Below, piece by piece: positions 50,672 through 60,469 of a DNA stretch of 64,000 nucleotides. Location: positions 177,818,001-177,882,000 of the forward strand of contig CM059425.1 in NCBI GenBank assembly GCA_030390025.1. Reading direction: 5' to 3'. A model generated the notes under the pieces. The model saw nothing but the letters and a program-made list of their open reading frames with translations, had not been told where the DNA came from and searched no databases. The stretch is from Squalus acanthias (taxonomy: Eukaryota). The translations under genes were made by a program, and so were the position numbers. Position 1 is the first letter of the stretch. Each line of letters begins with the position of its first letter.

Positions 50672-52477
50672 TCATTGGGTACTATTGGACGGGGCTGCGG
50701 CATCTGCGGGGCCGGTAGCAACTGCCACCCTTCCATGCGAAATCATGAGGGTGCGCATGGCTCCCAACATTGATTCGATCGCATCGGGATGGATAGGTGC
50801 ACTAGCTCCCCTATCGGAGACAGGCGCCTGGGCTCGGACTGCGGGATTTTTATCCCTGGACTCCTTCCAAGGGTTCCTGCAGTTCTTGCGCCAATGCCCT
50901 GTCTTCCCACACCCGTAACAAGCATTACTGGCCTGCGGGGCGCGGTTACCCTCCTGATGCCACTCCTTTTGAGCCGGGGCTGCGGGCCGCGCCTCATGCA
51001 CCTTTCCCTTAAGGGGACGTGCTCCCGTACTCCTGGTATTACGGTACCCTACCGTGAGTCGATTTAGGACCGACTCCTCTGTAGTGGCGGGGTTAGTGGG
51101 ATCAAACCACGCTTTTGCCTGCTCCCTGATGGCTGGCCAACTGTTGGCTACTAAACACCTGAGCCAATGAGTTAAACCGACACCGTCTATGCGGTGACGC
51201 GCTGGCGCGCCTGGGCAGCTACGTTGATATACTGGCCACAGCCTGTCGGCGAAAACCTTCGGGGGTTCTCCCTCCATCTGCACTGTTTGTCCCAATCTAA
51301 CGAACAGACCTTCATCGTCCGCTCCCAACACTTCTAGGACCTCATCTCTTAACTCCCCATAGGTATTATTTCCCCTCTTGCTCTCGTCTGAGAGACACTG
51401 AAGGATCGAGCTGTCTAATGAGAACAACAGCATTTTTGCTTTTTCCCCATCGTCGCAGCCGTTAATGGCTGCGGTTTGCTCTACCTCCCTGAAATGTACG
51501 GAAGGGTCGTCTGACTCGGCCAGCTTCCGTACGTGACTGATCATAACCCTCAGCTGGTGTGAGCTGTGAGGCAACACAAGCTGGTTGAGGAGATCCCCCT
51601 CTGCCCCACCGTCTCTGTTCGGGCCCCTTTTGATACCCGTGACCGGACACAACGGTCCCGGCTTCACTTCTACCTCAGTGGGCTCTTCCTCTACTTCTAC
51701 CACTTCCTTCCTCACCCAGGTTGCCGAATAGCTGGGTGGCGCGGAGGGCACAGTGGCTAATACCTCCTCTGCTTTGTTCGGTGGGGATTTCTGAAATTCC
51801 TCATCCACCAGCGGCTGGTGTGCTGACGGGCTGATAAGGCACACCATGCCGTGCGCTTTATTCAGGGCCTTTTTAAGGTTCCCTATCTCTCTTTGGCAGA
51901 CGCTGTGATCGGCCCCCTGATGTTTATCCTCGAGGGCCATCTTATATGCCGCCCTAACCCCCGTTAAGCTCTCTTCCTGGGCTTTTATTTGGGCAGCTAG
52001 GCGGGCACATCGTTCCTTTATTCTGCCCTCATTTAACTTTGCCTCAGTGACCTGGCACTCGAGGTAATCTATTTTTGCCTCATGGTGGTTGGCGACTAAC
52101 TGGCGTTCTTGATGCAACACATTTAAAGACGCGATGAGCTGCTGCCCCCCCGCGACCTTCTCGTCCATTTCTACCTCTAAACCCTTGATCTGAGCTGCCT
52201 GCGCTAAGATGACCTGGTCCGAAATTTGGACTTGTCTTTTATAGCACATCAGCCAGACCGCTTTCTCTACTGTTTTTTTATGTTCCTTGCTATTTGTCCA
52301 CCTCTCGGCTGCCTCTAGTGGACGCTTATCCACCAGCAGGTCACTTATCCATTTCTTAGTCAAATTCACTTTTCCAAACACATAATCTGCTTTTCTCTCT
52401 TCCATAACATTTCGCCCATTCATACCAGGGTCTAACACATCATTTTCTCGCTGCCAGTGTCCCTTCGTGGTCGCCAT
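50672..52477 (-). CDS. gag: Gag polyprotein, 601 aa (N-terminal coiled coil, capsid-like region, one CCHC knuckle)
   Basis: Intact ORF right after the 5' LTR; CYGCGKTGHWRKNC zinc knuckle; PSAPPSY late-domain-like motif; heptad-rich N-terminus. Confidence 0.92.
   Translation of the reverse strand: MATTKGHWQRENDVLDPGMNGRNVMEERKADYVFGKVNLTKKWISDLLVDKRPLEAAERWTNSKEHKKTVEKAVWLMCYKRQVQISDQVILAQAAQIKGLEVEMDEKVAGGQQLIASLNVLHQERQLVANHHEAKIDYLECQVTEAKLNEGRIKERCARLAAQIKAQEESLTGVRAAYKMALEDKHQGADHSVCQREIGNLKKALNKAHGMVCLISPSAHQPLVDEEFQKSPPNKAEEVLATVPSAPPSYSATWVRKEVVEVEEEPTEVEVKPGPLCPVTGIKRGPNRDGGAEGDLLNQLVLPHSSHQLRVMISHVRKLAESDDPSVHFREVEQTAAINGCDDGEKAKMLLFSLDSSILQCLSDESKRGNNTYGELRDEVLEVLGADDEGLFVRLGQTVQMEGEPPKVFADRLWPVYQRSCPGAPARHRIDGVGLTHWLRCLVANSWPAIREQAKAWFDPTNPATTEESVLNRLTVGYRNTRSTGARPLKGKVHEARPAAPAQKEWHQEGNRAPQASNACYGCGKTGHWRKNCRNPWKESRDKNPAVRAQAPVSDRGASAPIHPDAIESMLGAMRTLMISHGRVAVATGPADAAAPSNSTQ
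52459..52476 (-). promoter_or_regulatory. Primer-binding site complementary to the tRNA-Arg(TCG) 3' end
   Basis: Minus strand TGGCGACCACGAAGGGAC, the complement of GTCCCTTCGTGGTCG-CCA; 5 nt (GAAAA) downstream of the 5' LTR end. Confidence 0.85.
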
Positions 52478-52481
52478 TTTC

Positions 52482-54134
52482 TGTAAGGGGTGACCTGTGG
52501 CTCTGTGCTTAGCCTGGGTGCTAGTGTGAGGTTAGGCCTTGTTGCCTGTTCTGGTCTCCAGCCAGCCTGGTAACACTAGACACCTGTGAGTGGTTCGACC
52601 CACTCGCCCTTACGGTTCTGACACTGGACTTAGGTGCGAGAGCAATAATGCAGAGAAAACTCAGGTAGACCCGGTTGAATAGTGCGAAATGGAAAATCTT
52701 TATTGCATATTATTCAAGATTACGAGATACATGTCATAAGCACAGATTAATGACAGTACAATCTTACACACAGTTATGTAACTAATTTTAGGGAAACGAG
52801 GAGCGCATGACACATCGTAAAAGGGGGGCACACATTACAATTATCCTTAAAACTTAAATCCTCCCCTATCAATACCTGTCCTCAACTAGATTTGTAGGAT
52901 CGAGACTCATGCTCACCACTCGTGATAACTCGGAGAATTCCGAAACTCTGCTCGGATGTTTTTACCGCAGCACCTGACTATCCACGTGTTGATCAGGGGT
53001 CTCTGTACCCCACTTGTTTACTCGTTTCTGCTCCGGCTAGCAGGCTGGACCGTCTGCTGTCATGAAGATCTGTGTTGTCCTCGGAGTTCTGATACTACTC
53101 GAAGAAGAGTCTTCCTGTGCCCTCACCAGTTTGTAAAATTCAAAGAAAAGTCTTCCTGGGCAAGGAAGTGTTTATTCGACTTACAGGCGCGGTCGGGGCT
53201 TACTGACCGTGGCGATACGTATTGTCGTCTTCTTCTCTTCTCATCTCATCTCATCTCATCTCATCTCGGGGCTTCGGTTCCAACACCGTTTACCGACTTC
53301 TCGGGATGGTGTGCCCGTTTCAAGGCCTCACAGCCCAGTTCTACACAGATCTTCGCGGCAAGCCACGAGGTTGATCCTAGCGGATCAGAGTCCAGAGCCG
53401 TCAGGCAAGAGAATAAAAGTTCAACAGTCTTCCAGCGAGTCAAAACAGCAAGAGCAGCAAGAGGCAGGTGGCAAGAGACAAGAGAGGCAAGAGAAACAAG
53501 AGACAGATGGACGGTTGTACCTTACAGTTATAGTGCTGTAATTCCTCTTTTCCCGCCCAATCTTAATGTCTATCCTTTGTCAGGTTTTGGCGCTCAAACT
53601 TCTTGTATAGGGTGATCTCCATTTTTAATGGGTTTCGGTGATACTTGTAATTGTCTGAGTACCCGTTAATACTTCTCCCATTGTGGAACCGGTCAGTATT
53701 CTCCCTGGAGGGGTTTTGTGGCTTCCAAATGCTCTCTGTAACTACCCGCAAATGGCTCTCTCATCGTAGAGTCGTGGGGATTTTGCATATTAATGTCTTT
53801 GGATGGGTTCTTGATCGCTCGGTACAATAGCCCTTATTCGCACCTGGGAGACCGATTCCAGTATTTATGTATAAAATGCAAACCCATTATGTCTTGTCAA
53901 TTATCTCAAATGTGCTGAGTCCTGTACGATCTTGCACAAATGTTTATTGGAACGCCATCTTGTCTGCTCATTGAAAGTCTAGAACGTTCTGCCACGAGGC
54001 GTGGCGGCCATTTTACAGGCTGTTTGTGTCCGCTTTGAAAACCTGACAGCATTCTGCTGAAATAAAGCTGTTTGTACGAAACTTTATGTCTCCTTCTTAT
54101 TTTATAAAATCGCGATAATTTTGCGAATTCTACA
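52482..54134 (-). repeat. 5' LTR of provirus (1653 bp)
   Basis: TGTAAG...TCTACA on the + strand; colinear with 40665-42317 at offset 11817; no indels seen, about 8 substitutions by eye; adjacent to the PBS. Confidence 0.97.
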
Positions 54135-54449
54135 GACCATAATAAAAGTCTGGTTTTCACAATTTAATAGGTAAGTTAGCCTCAATAACTCCAATCTTAT
54201 TCTGAACAATATCTTAAACTAAATACAGCTTGAAAAAGAGAGAAGAGCCACAGCAACATTCACACATGCTTTGTAAAAAGACATTAACATTCACACAGAA
54301 AACAAAAACTTCTGCAGAGCAATAAAAAAGAAACATGATCTTTCCTTTCTCCTTTATTCCATCAAAACTATTTATCCTTTTTCACTTAAACCAATTTTCA
54401 ATTTCTGATGTTTTGTACTGAATCCCATTCTGCACTGATTCAATATCTC

Positions 54450-55050
54450 AAGCTCACAGTCCATGTCCTCACCCAAGCCTGTTACCTCATGTACTGTTCT
54501 AAACGCTTTCCTCTGGTATATGGGAGGGGTGCAATGACATAGAGTAAAGAGTGAAGGGAATGCTGCAGATTCAGTCGAGAGTCCCAATCCTTTTCTAACT
54601 GTAGTCTGTCCACCTCAGCTTCTAAGCTGCGCATTTTATCTTCCAATTCCTCGCTCTCATTAGGAAGGAATTAGTCACTTATACAGCATGGACCCTGACT
54701 GCATCAAACTCCTCTTTAATTTCTCTATTTCTGCCTTCAAGACCCTATTTTCAGCCTGCGTCTGAGCATGCTTCCTCCACAAGGCACCTATACCCAGACA
54801 ACGCCCTAGCAATAGGTATGTTCTCTGTCTTCTTTCATTTCATTTCTGCTGAAACAGGAGCATTTTCTGTCTACTATCTTTTTTTTTATCTCTGCAGACA
54901 CACATTCTCCAGTGACTGCTCAATATCCTCCAATATCCCCTTTAAAATTTCTTCGGAAAATCTGTAAGGTTTCCCCTTACTTTTAATCCAGTCAGAAATT
55001 TTCAAAGGGACCAACTTGGTCGAGAAACCAACTATTTTGTCTGATTCCAT
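54450..55050 (-). pseudogene. Decayed gag-like coiled-coil ORF of the older LTR element
   Basis: ATG at 55050 shortly after the PBS: MESDKIVGFSTKLVPLKISDWIKSKGKP...; later AENRVLKAEIEKLKEEF heptads; stops and frameshifts present. Confidence 0.45.
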
Positions 55051-55153
55051 CCTATTCCCTAGATTGCAATTCCCAGGAGCTAGTTATACTCACTATCGAT
55101 ATTAAATCATGCTCACCATCCGCGTATTCATTGGACGAGTTCATGGCACCAAA

Positions 55154-55731
55154 TGTTCGCAGTCATCCTCCTTTCTCCTCTGGTTCACAACAACATGTTT
55201 TGAGTAAGCACAAGACTTCGTAGTGGAGTATACGGAACAGACTTTATTGATACACAGTAAAGGTGATCGGTCTTTTAACAGTATACCGAAAGTGGCTTAT
55301 TCGATTTCTGTATCTTTCGAGCACTCCTGACATACTGTTGAAAACCATGATCCTTTATACACTATATTTTGACCACATCAAAGAAAATGTCATAGATAAG
55401 ACTGTATGACGTATCTATTCCCAACCCCTTTGAAAACAGACTATTCATGTAAACAGTTTGCAGTTGTTTACTTCAGAACTACTTCCCCTAAACAAGACTC
55501 CCACAAATGGATTCACTATCCCTGTTTTATTACCCTAAAACTAAAGTTACATTTTATTACCAACACTTATTTCCTTACACAAGCACTTTACATATCAGAA
55601 GACAAGCCATGCTTTCTCCTCATGACACTTCAAACTTACCCTGTTTATAATGGAAAGCCTGTTGCTTTAAGACACAAAGAACCCTTAACTTCCCAAGATG
55701 TCCAACATACATCTCTCCAGGATGTCCAACA
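55154..55731 (-). repeat. 5' LTR of older LTR element
   Basis: TGTT...AACA termini; abuts a TGG-starting PBS-like sequence (tRNA-His-like, degenerate) after a 2-nt spacer. Confidence 0.88.
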
Positions 55732-55931
55732 CAAAGGCGCTGTCAGCATTTCTTAAAGGGACACACACACCTTTCAGATAAGTTTATATTTAAGCTTTTG
55801 GACTTCTATATATTTTATTGAAAGAGTGGCTTGGTGCAATAGATGTTAAAAGTTTTTAAAGTGTGCAGGGAGTGCAGGGAGTGCTGCTGGACACTTGCAA
55901 GGCTTTGGATGGTAAAGAAAGGCCTCTGAGA

Positions 55932-56075
55932 AGACAGAAAATGCTGGAAATACTCAGCAGGTCAGGTAGCATCCATGGAGCGAGAAACAGAGTTAACATC
56001 TCAGGTCAAGATGCTGCCTGACCTGCTGAGTATTTCCAGCATTTTCTGCTTTTATTTCAGATTTACAGCATCCAC
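55932..56075. repeat. Inverted pair of a Penelope-type terminal repeat (same family as about 255-355, 6035-6125, 15860-15960)
   Basis: CAGAAAATGCTGGAAATACTCAGCAGGTCAGG and its reverse complement about 40 nt downstream. Confidence 0.65.
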
Positions 56076-56629
56076 TCGCAGAGGGAAGAGGAAGACACAG
56101 AGGATGAAGACGCAGAAGAGGAGGAAGCAGAAGAGGAAGAAGCGGAAGGAAAGATGCAACCCACACAGCCCCTTTCCGCCCAGGATATCTGGGATGGGAT
56201 CATCCATCTGCAGTACCAGTGACCAGAACCCCAATTCCCCTTTCAACATTTGTCCTACACCTTATCTTCCCTCTGTTAAGGACCATCACAGCATCCTCTT
56301 GGCAATAATGCTGAAATAAAAGCCACCACAAAGCAAACTTTCCAATCCAACTTTATCCATATATGCATCCAATATGACATCAAGAAATCAATTCATCACC
56401 CTTATGCATTTCTTAATGACTGTCTTGTGTCTGCCTTTGCCTATCCTAGTGATGTCATGCAGTCTTACCCCAGTGGCTGCAGCATGGCTGGTGGAAGGCT
56501 GCTGACTTTCAGTGGGGGACACTGCAGATGGCCTTGCAGGACGATCTCGAGGAGCTGGTGGCTGGGAGTGTCAAATCGAGTGACAGTGTTTCTTTTTCTT
56601 CTTCTTCTTCACTCTCCTCTCCCTCTTCT

Positions 56630-57290
56630 TGGTCACCCACTGTCTGGGCAGGCTGGATTTCTTGGGTGTCTGAAATAAGGAAGGCACAACGGTAGAGTTG
56701 TGGTGAGGGGAGTGCAGGAAAGCAAGAGCTGCATGCTTACACCATGCGAACCTTGTAAATCAGAAGATATGGGATGAGGGGGAAGTGGGATGTGTGAAGG
56801 AGGATAATGTGTGAGGATACCAGCATCTTGTATCCTTTCAGCCCCACCATTGGCCAAGTGCTCAGCCATGCACCTGCCAAGAATCGCCAGCACGTCTCCT
56901 CCAAGGGAGTGAGGCGAAGCCAGGAATGGGAGGTGTGCCTCGTGTTTGGTACAGATTGTTAGTAGGTGAGTGATGGAGGGGGAGGGGGTTGTGCAATGAG
57001 CAGTGTGTGAGGCTAATGGTGAAGTTGGTAGGAGACGGCTTTTGAAGATGTATTCACTGACCTTGACCACTGGTCTGAGGTCATGCAACTTCTTTGGGCA
57101 CTGGAGCCAGGGCGTACAGGCCACACTGCTGGCAGTGATGGCCTCAGTGATCTGGTCCCACATTGTTCTTGCTGGAGGGCCTCCTGGCCTCTGTGGGTAG
57201 AGGACCTCTGTTGAAGTGTTGACCCCCTGCACAAAGCTGGAGTGCTGCCTGCGAGAACCTGGGTGCCCTTTCCCTGGCTTATTGAGCCAT
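56630..57290 (-). pseudogene. Harbinger Myb/SANT-like DNA-binding protein remnant
   Basis: RERAPRFS...EVLYPQ...MWDQITEAITASS...WLQCPKKLHDL; parallels the Myb-like exon at 29985. Confidence 0.7.
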
Positions 57291-57859
57291 TTGTGTTAGT
57301 GCTGAAGCACTTTTACCATTTTTGTAGGTACGGAAGAATGTTCAGCATTAAGAGCTGAAGCCTGCCATTTAGGAATTATTTTTAATTTTTTTTTCAGAAG
57401 ACAGTTGAGCTCTAAGGGTTAAAGACTGCCTATTTTGAAATGATTTGTATTTTTTTCATTTTAGAAGGCAGTTCCCCTTTAAGGGCTCAAGACTGCTTTC
57501 TAAAATGACAGGCTAGCTTTAAGAGAACACTGCCTCACTCCAGGGATACTTTGACCATGCTACATTGGGCCTCCTGCTGAGACCACTGCTGGTTTTGCGC
57601 TGTGCTAATTTAAAGCAGCGGGCAGCACCAAAGTACCGGTGCTGCCGGCGCTCTTTTTGCGGGTTGCTGTTAACTTCGGCCTGCGGTGGCACCAGCTGTT
57701 GCCCAGCCTAATCGAATTTCTAGGCCACAGTGTACAAAGAACATCAGGCATGTCAACCTGTTCCAGTGTTAGATTCACTGTAATAAAATACTGTCGCCAG
57801 AGTTCTTGTTTCATTGCCAGTTGGTCACTAAAGTCCCAATAGCATGAGAAGAATTGACA

Positions 57860-58995
57860 CACACTGCGGTTCAGGTACAAGCATCTTCAGACCCTTTCAT
57901 GACAGAAACTTTAACATCCAAGTTAAGCAACCTTAGAACATGGTGATTATAAAATAGTTTTCAGTGGTTGACGCACATTTTCAGATGCAGTGTTTCCATG
58001 GGTATCCATATTTGCATGACTGCTTGGTCATGGCTGACAGCAAGGACTCTGCCAGGTAGGTGGTTGAACAAATGCTTAGTACCTTCCTGAAATTTGGCTT
58101 TATAATCAATCTTGAGAATTTTCAACTGATAGTTTTGAGAGTACAATTCCATACAGTCCAAATGAAGACTTTCTGGTATTTAGGAATTTATTATCCACCC
58201 CGCAGGAAAGATCAGGTATCACAGACAAGTTTATTTGCAACTCATCGGGCTGAAGGAAGCAAAAGTATTTGTGGTTCGCAATGTGTGATTATTCATGAAA
58301 GCCTTGGTGTCTTGCTTCATGCATGCTATGTAGAGATACACATTTGTTTTCATAAAGGACCTCTATGTAATTCTTCACTGGTTAATGCGCTCCCCCCCTC
58401 ACATTGCAAAATTAGCATTGATGTTAGCATCAGGCTTGGCTCACAGAGTTAATGAACTGCAAGACTTAGATGCAATTTTAATTTGGCATGAATTTAGAGT
58501 AATTCTTAAGATTCATCTCGGGTTCTTCCCTTGTTTTTTTTTCCCAATTACATTTCAATCAGGCAATTGTTCCCTCATTTTATCTACTGCATCACTCAGA
58601 CATGAGCCATAAGTTCTATTGTGTGGGATGCTCTTGGAATTCTGTTTGCATGTTTAATGATTTCAGGGGTTTAGACAATCAAAGCAACTGTTTCTGCCTT
58701 ATGGCAAGATGGCCCCAGGCAAATTGAGGCTATTCAGCAGATACCAAAATGGCTGACGGAATGCATTCTTCACTGCTATCATCCAGGGGTCCAATATTAG
58801 GACATTTCACTCATTGTAAGGTCACATCCTGAGCATCCTTTAATTGTGTTTTAATTGACAATTTTTGTACTGTGGTTATGTGGGGTACTTCACTGTTTAA
58901 ATTTGATTGATGCAAATGTTTTTGGCAGAACTACTTTGGCAGCAGAGATAGCAGCTTCTTACCTAGGGCTTTTCTCTTTAAATTTGCACTACTTT
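57860..58995 (+). mobile_element. Highly decayed DIRS-like (tyrosine recombinase) retrotransposon relic
   Basis: FLKFGFIINLENFQL resembles DIRS RT (LGFxINxEKS); KLALMLASGLAHRVNELQDL resembles the YR motif LALxSAxRVSELxAL; IPKWLTECI follows. Confidence 0.55.
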
Positions 58996-59002
58996 GACAT
59001 GA

Positions 59003-60250
59003 CAACAACAATAACTTGTATGTATATAGCGCCTTTAACATAGTAAAATGTCCCAAGGCGCTTCACAGGAGCGTTATAAAACAAAATTTTGACACCGAGC
59101 CACATAAGTAGATATTAGGGCAGATTTGTCAAAGAGGTAGGTTTTAAGGAGCGTCTTAAAGGAAGAAAGAGAGGCGGAGAGGTTTAGGGAGGGAATTCCA
59201 GCGCTTATGGCCTTGGCAGCTGAAGGCACGGCCACCAATGGTGGAGTGATTATATTGAGAGGTCGCACAACACCAGGTTATAGTCCAACAGTTTTATTTG
59301 AAATCACAAGCTTTCGGAGCTATCGATTGCTCCTTCCTCAGGTGAAGTAAATAGTGGAGTAAATAGGCGGAGTGATTATAATCAGGGATGCTCAAGAGGC
59401 CAGAATTGGAGGAGCGCAGATATCTCAGAGGGTTGTGGGGTTGGAGGAGATTACAGAGATAGGAAGGGACGAGGCCATGGAGGGATTTGAAAACAAGGAT
59501 GAGAATTTTAAAATCAAGATGTTGCTTAACCGGAAGCCAATGTAAGTCAGCAAGCACGGGGGTTATGGGTGAACGAGACCTGGTGCGAGTTAGGACATGG
59601 GCAGCCGAGTTTTGGATGACCTCAAGTTTATGGAGGGTAGAATGTGGAGGCCAGCCAGGACTGTGTTGGAATAGTCAAGTCTAGAGGTAACACAGGCATG
59701 GATCAGGGCTTCAGCAGCAGATGAGCTGAGGCAGGGGCGGAGTCGAGCAATGTTACGGAGGTGGAAATAGACGGTCTTAGTGATGGCGCAGATATGTGGT
59801 CAGAAGCTCATCTCATGGTCAAATACGACACCAAGGTTGCGAACAGTCTGGTTCAGCCTCAGGTAGTTGCTAGGGGGAAGAATGGAGTCGATGGCTAGGG
59901 AACGGAGTTTGTGGCCGGGACCGAAGACAATGGCTTCAGTCTTCCCAATATTTAGTTAGAGGAAATTTCCGCTCATTCAGTACTGGATGTCAGACAAGCA
60001 GTCTGACAATTTAGAGACAGTGGAGGGGTCGAGGGAGGTGGTAGTGAGGTGGAGGTTGTAGTGAGGTAGAGCTGGGTGTCGTCAGCGTACATGTGGAAAC
60101 TGACACCGTGCTTTCAGATGATGTCGCCAAGGGGCAACATGTAGGTGAGAAATAGGAGGGGGCCAAGGATAGATCTTTGGGGGACATCAGAGGTAATGGT
60201 GCGGGAGCAGGAAGAAAAGCTATTAGAGGTGATTCTCTGGCTATGATAAC
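59003..60250 (-). mobile_element. L2-clade LINE 3' fragment
   Basis: LADLHWLPVKQHLDFKIL; FHMYADDTQLY near 60070-60100; tail (ACA)n...TATATAGCGCC at 59003-59035. Confidence 0.88.
59255..59368 (-). mobile_element. Single Penelope-like terminal repeat with hammerhead core, inserted in L2
   Basis: Homologous to 10719-10805; flanking duplication GGAGTGATTATA (59243-54, 59369-80); minus strand CTGAGGA-AGGAGC..GCTCC-GAAA. Confidence 0.75.
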
Positions 60251-60469
60251 TGCTACAGTGTGGGAAGATTATCTAAAAATATATTACATACCATGTAGGG
60301 ACTTCTTCATTCTTTTAATGGTAGTCATCACACACCACAATTTCTACCAACCATCCCCTCAACTCCTTCTAGGTTTGTTTTGGTTTGGTTTCATTAGAGA
60401 TTTTTTTTAAATAACTTTCTTTTTTATATAGCACCCTTCATGTCCTCAGGACACCCCAAAGCACTTCAC

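Larger units (their letters stand above)
40665..54134 (-). mobile_element. Full-length endogenous retrovirus, lokiretrovirus-like (LTR-gag-pol-env-LTR)
   Basis: Two 1653-bp TG...CA direct repeats; TSD GACC at 40661-64 and 54135-38; PBS; gag, pol and env on the - strand. Confidence 0.95.
37688..55731 (-). mobile_element. Older LTR element (no pol recognised) interrupted by the provirus
   Basis: Diverged direct repeats 37688-38279 and 55154-55731; flanks CAGAG/CAAAG (5-bp TSD, 1 mismatch); PBS-like TGGTGCCATGAACTCG at 55136-55151; purine tract next to 38280. Confidence 0.85.
37400..57726. mobile_element. Internally deleted PIF/Harbinger DNA transposon hosting the LTR nest
   Basis: Perfect 13-bp TIR GGCCTAGAAATTC (37400-12; 57714-26); TSD ACA on both sides; Myb/SANT-like remnant on - (about 56630-57290) and acidic transposase C-terminus remnant on + (about 56080-56222). 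Confidence 0.82.

Noticed and set aside
40665..54134. Ordinary Ty3/gypsy retrotransposon or foamy virus
   Set aside because: The second RNase H and env argue against plain gypsy. The CCHC knuckle in Gag, the Arg PBS, the N-terminal signal peptide on Env and the lack of accessory ORFs between env and the 3' LTR argue against a typical foamy virus. A phylogeny is still needed.
55975..56319. 114-aa basic ORF
   Set aside because: Chimera of a Penelope-type hairpin and an off-frame reading of the acidic Harbinger transposase tail.
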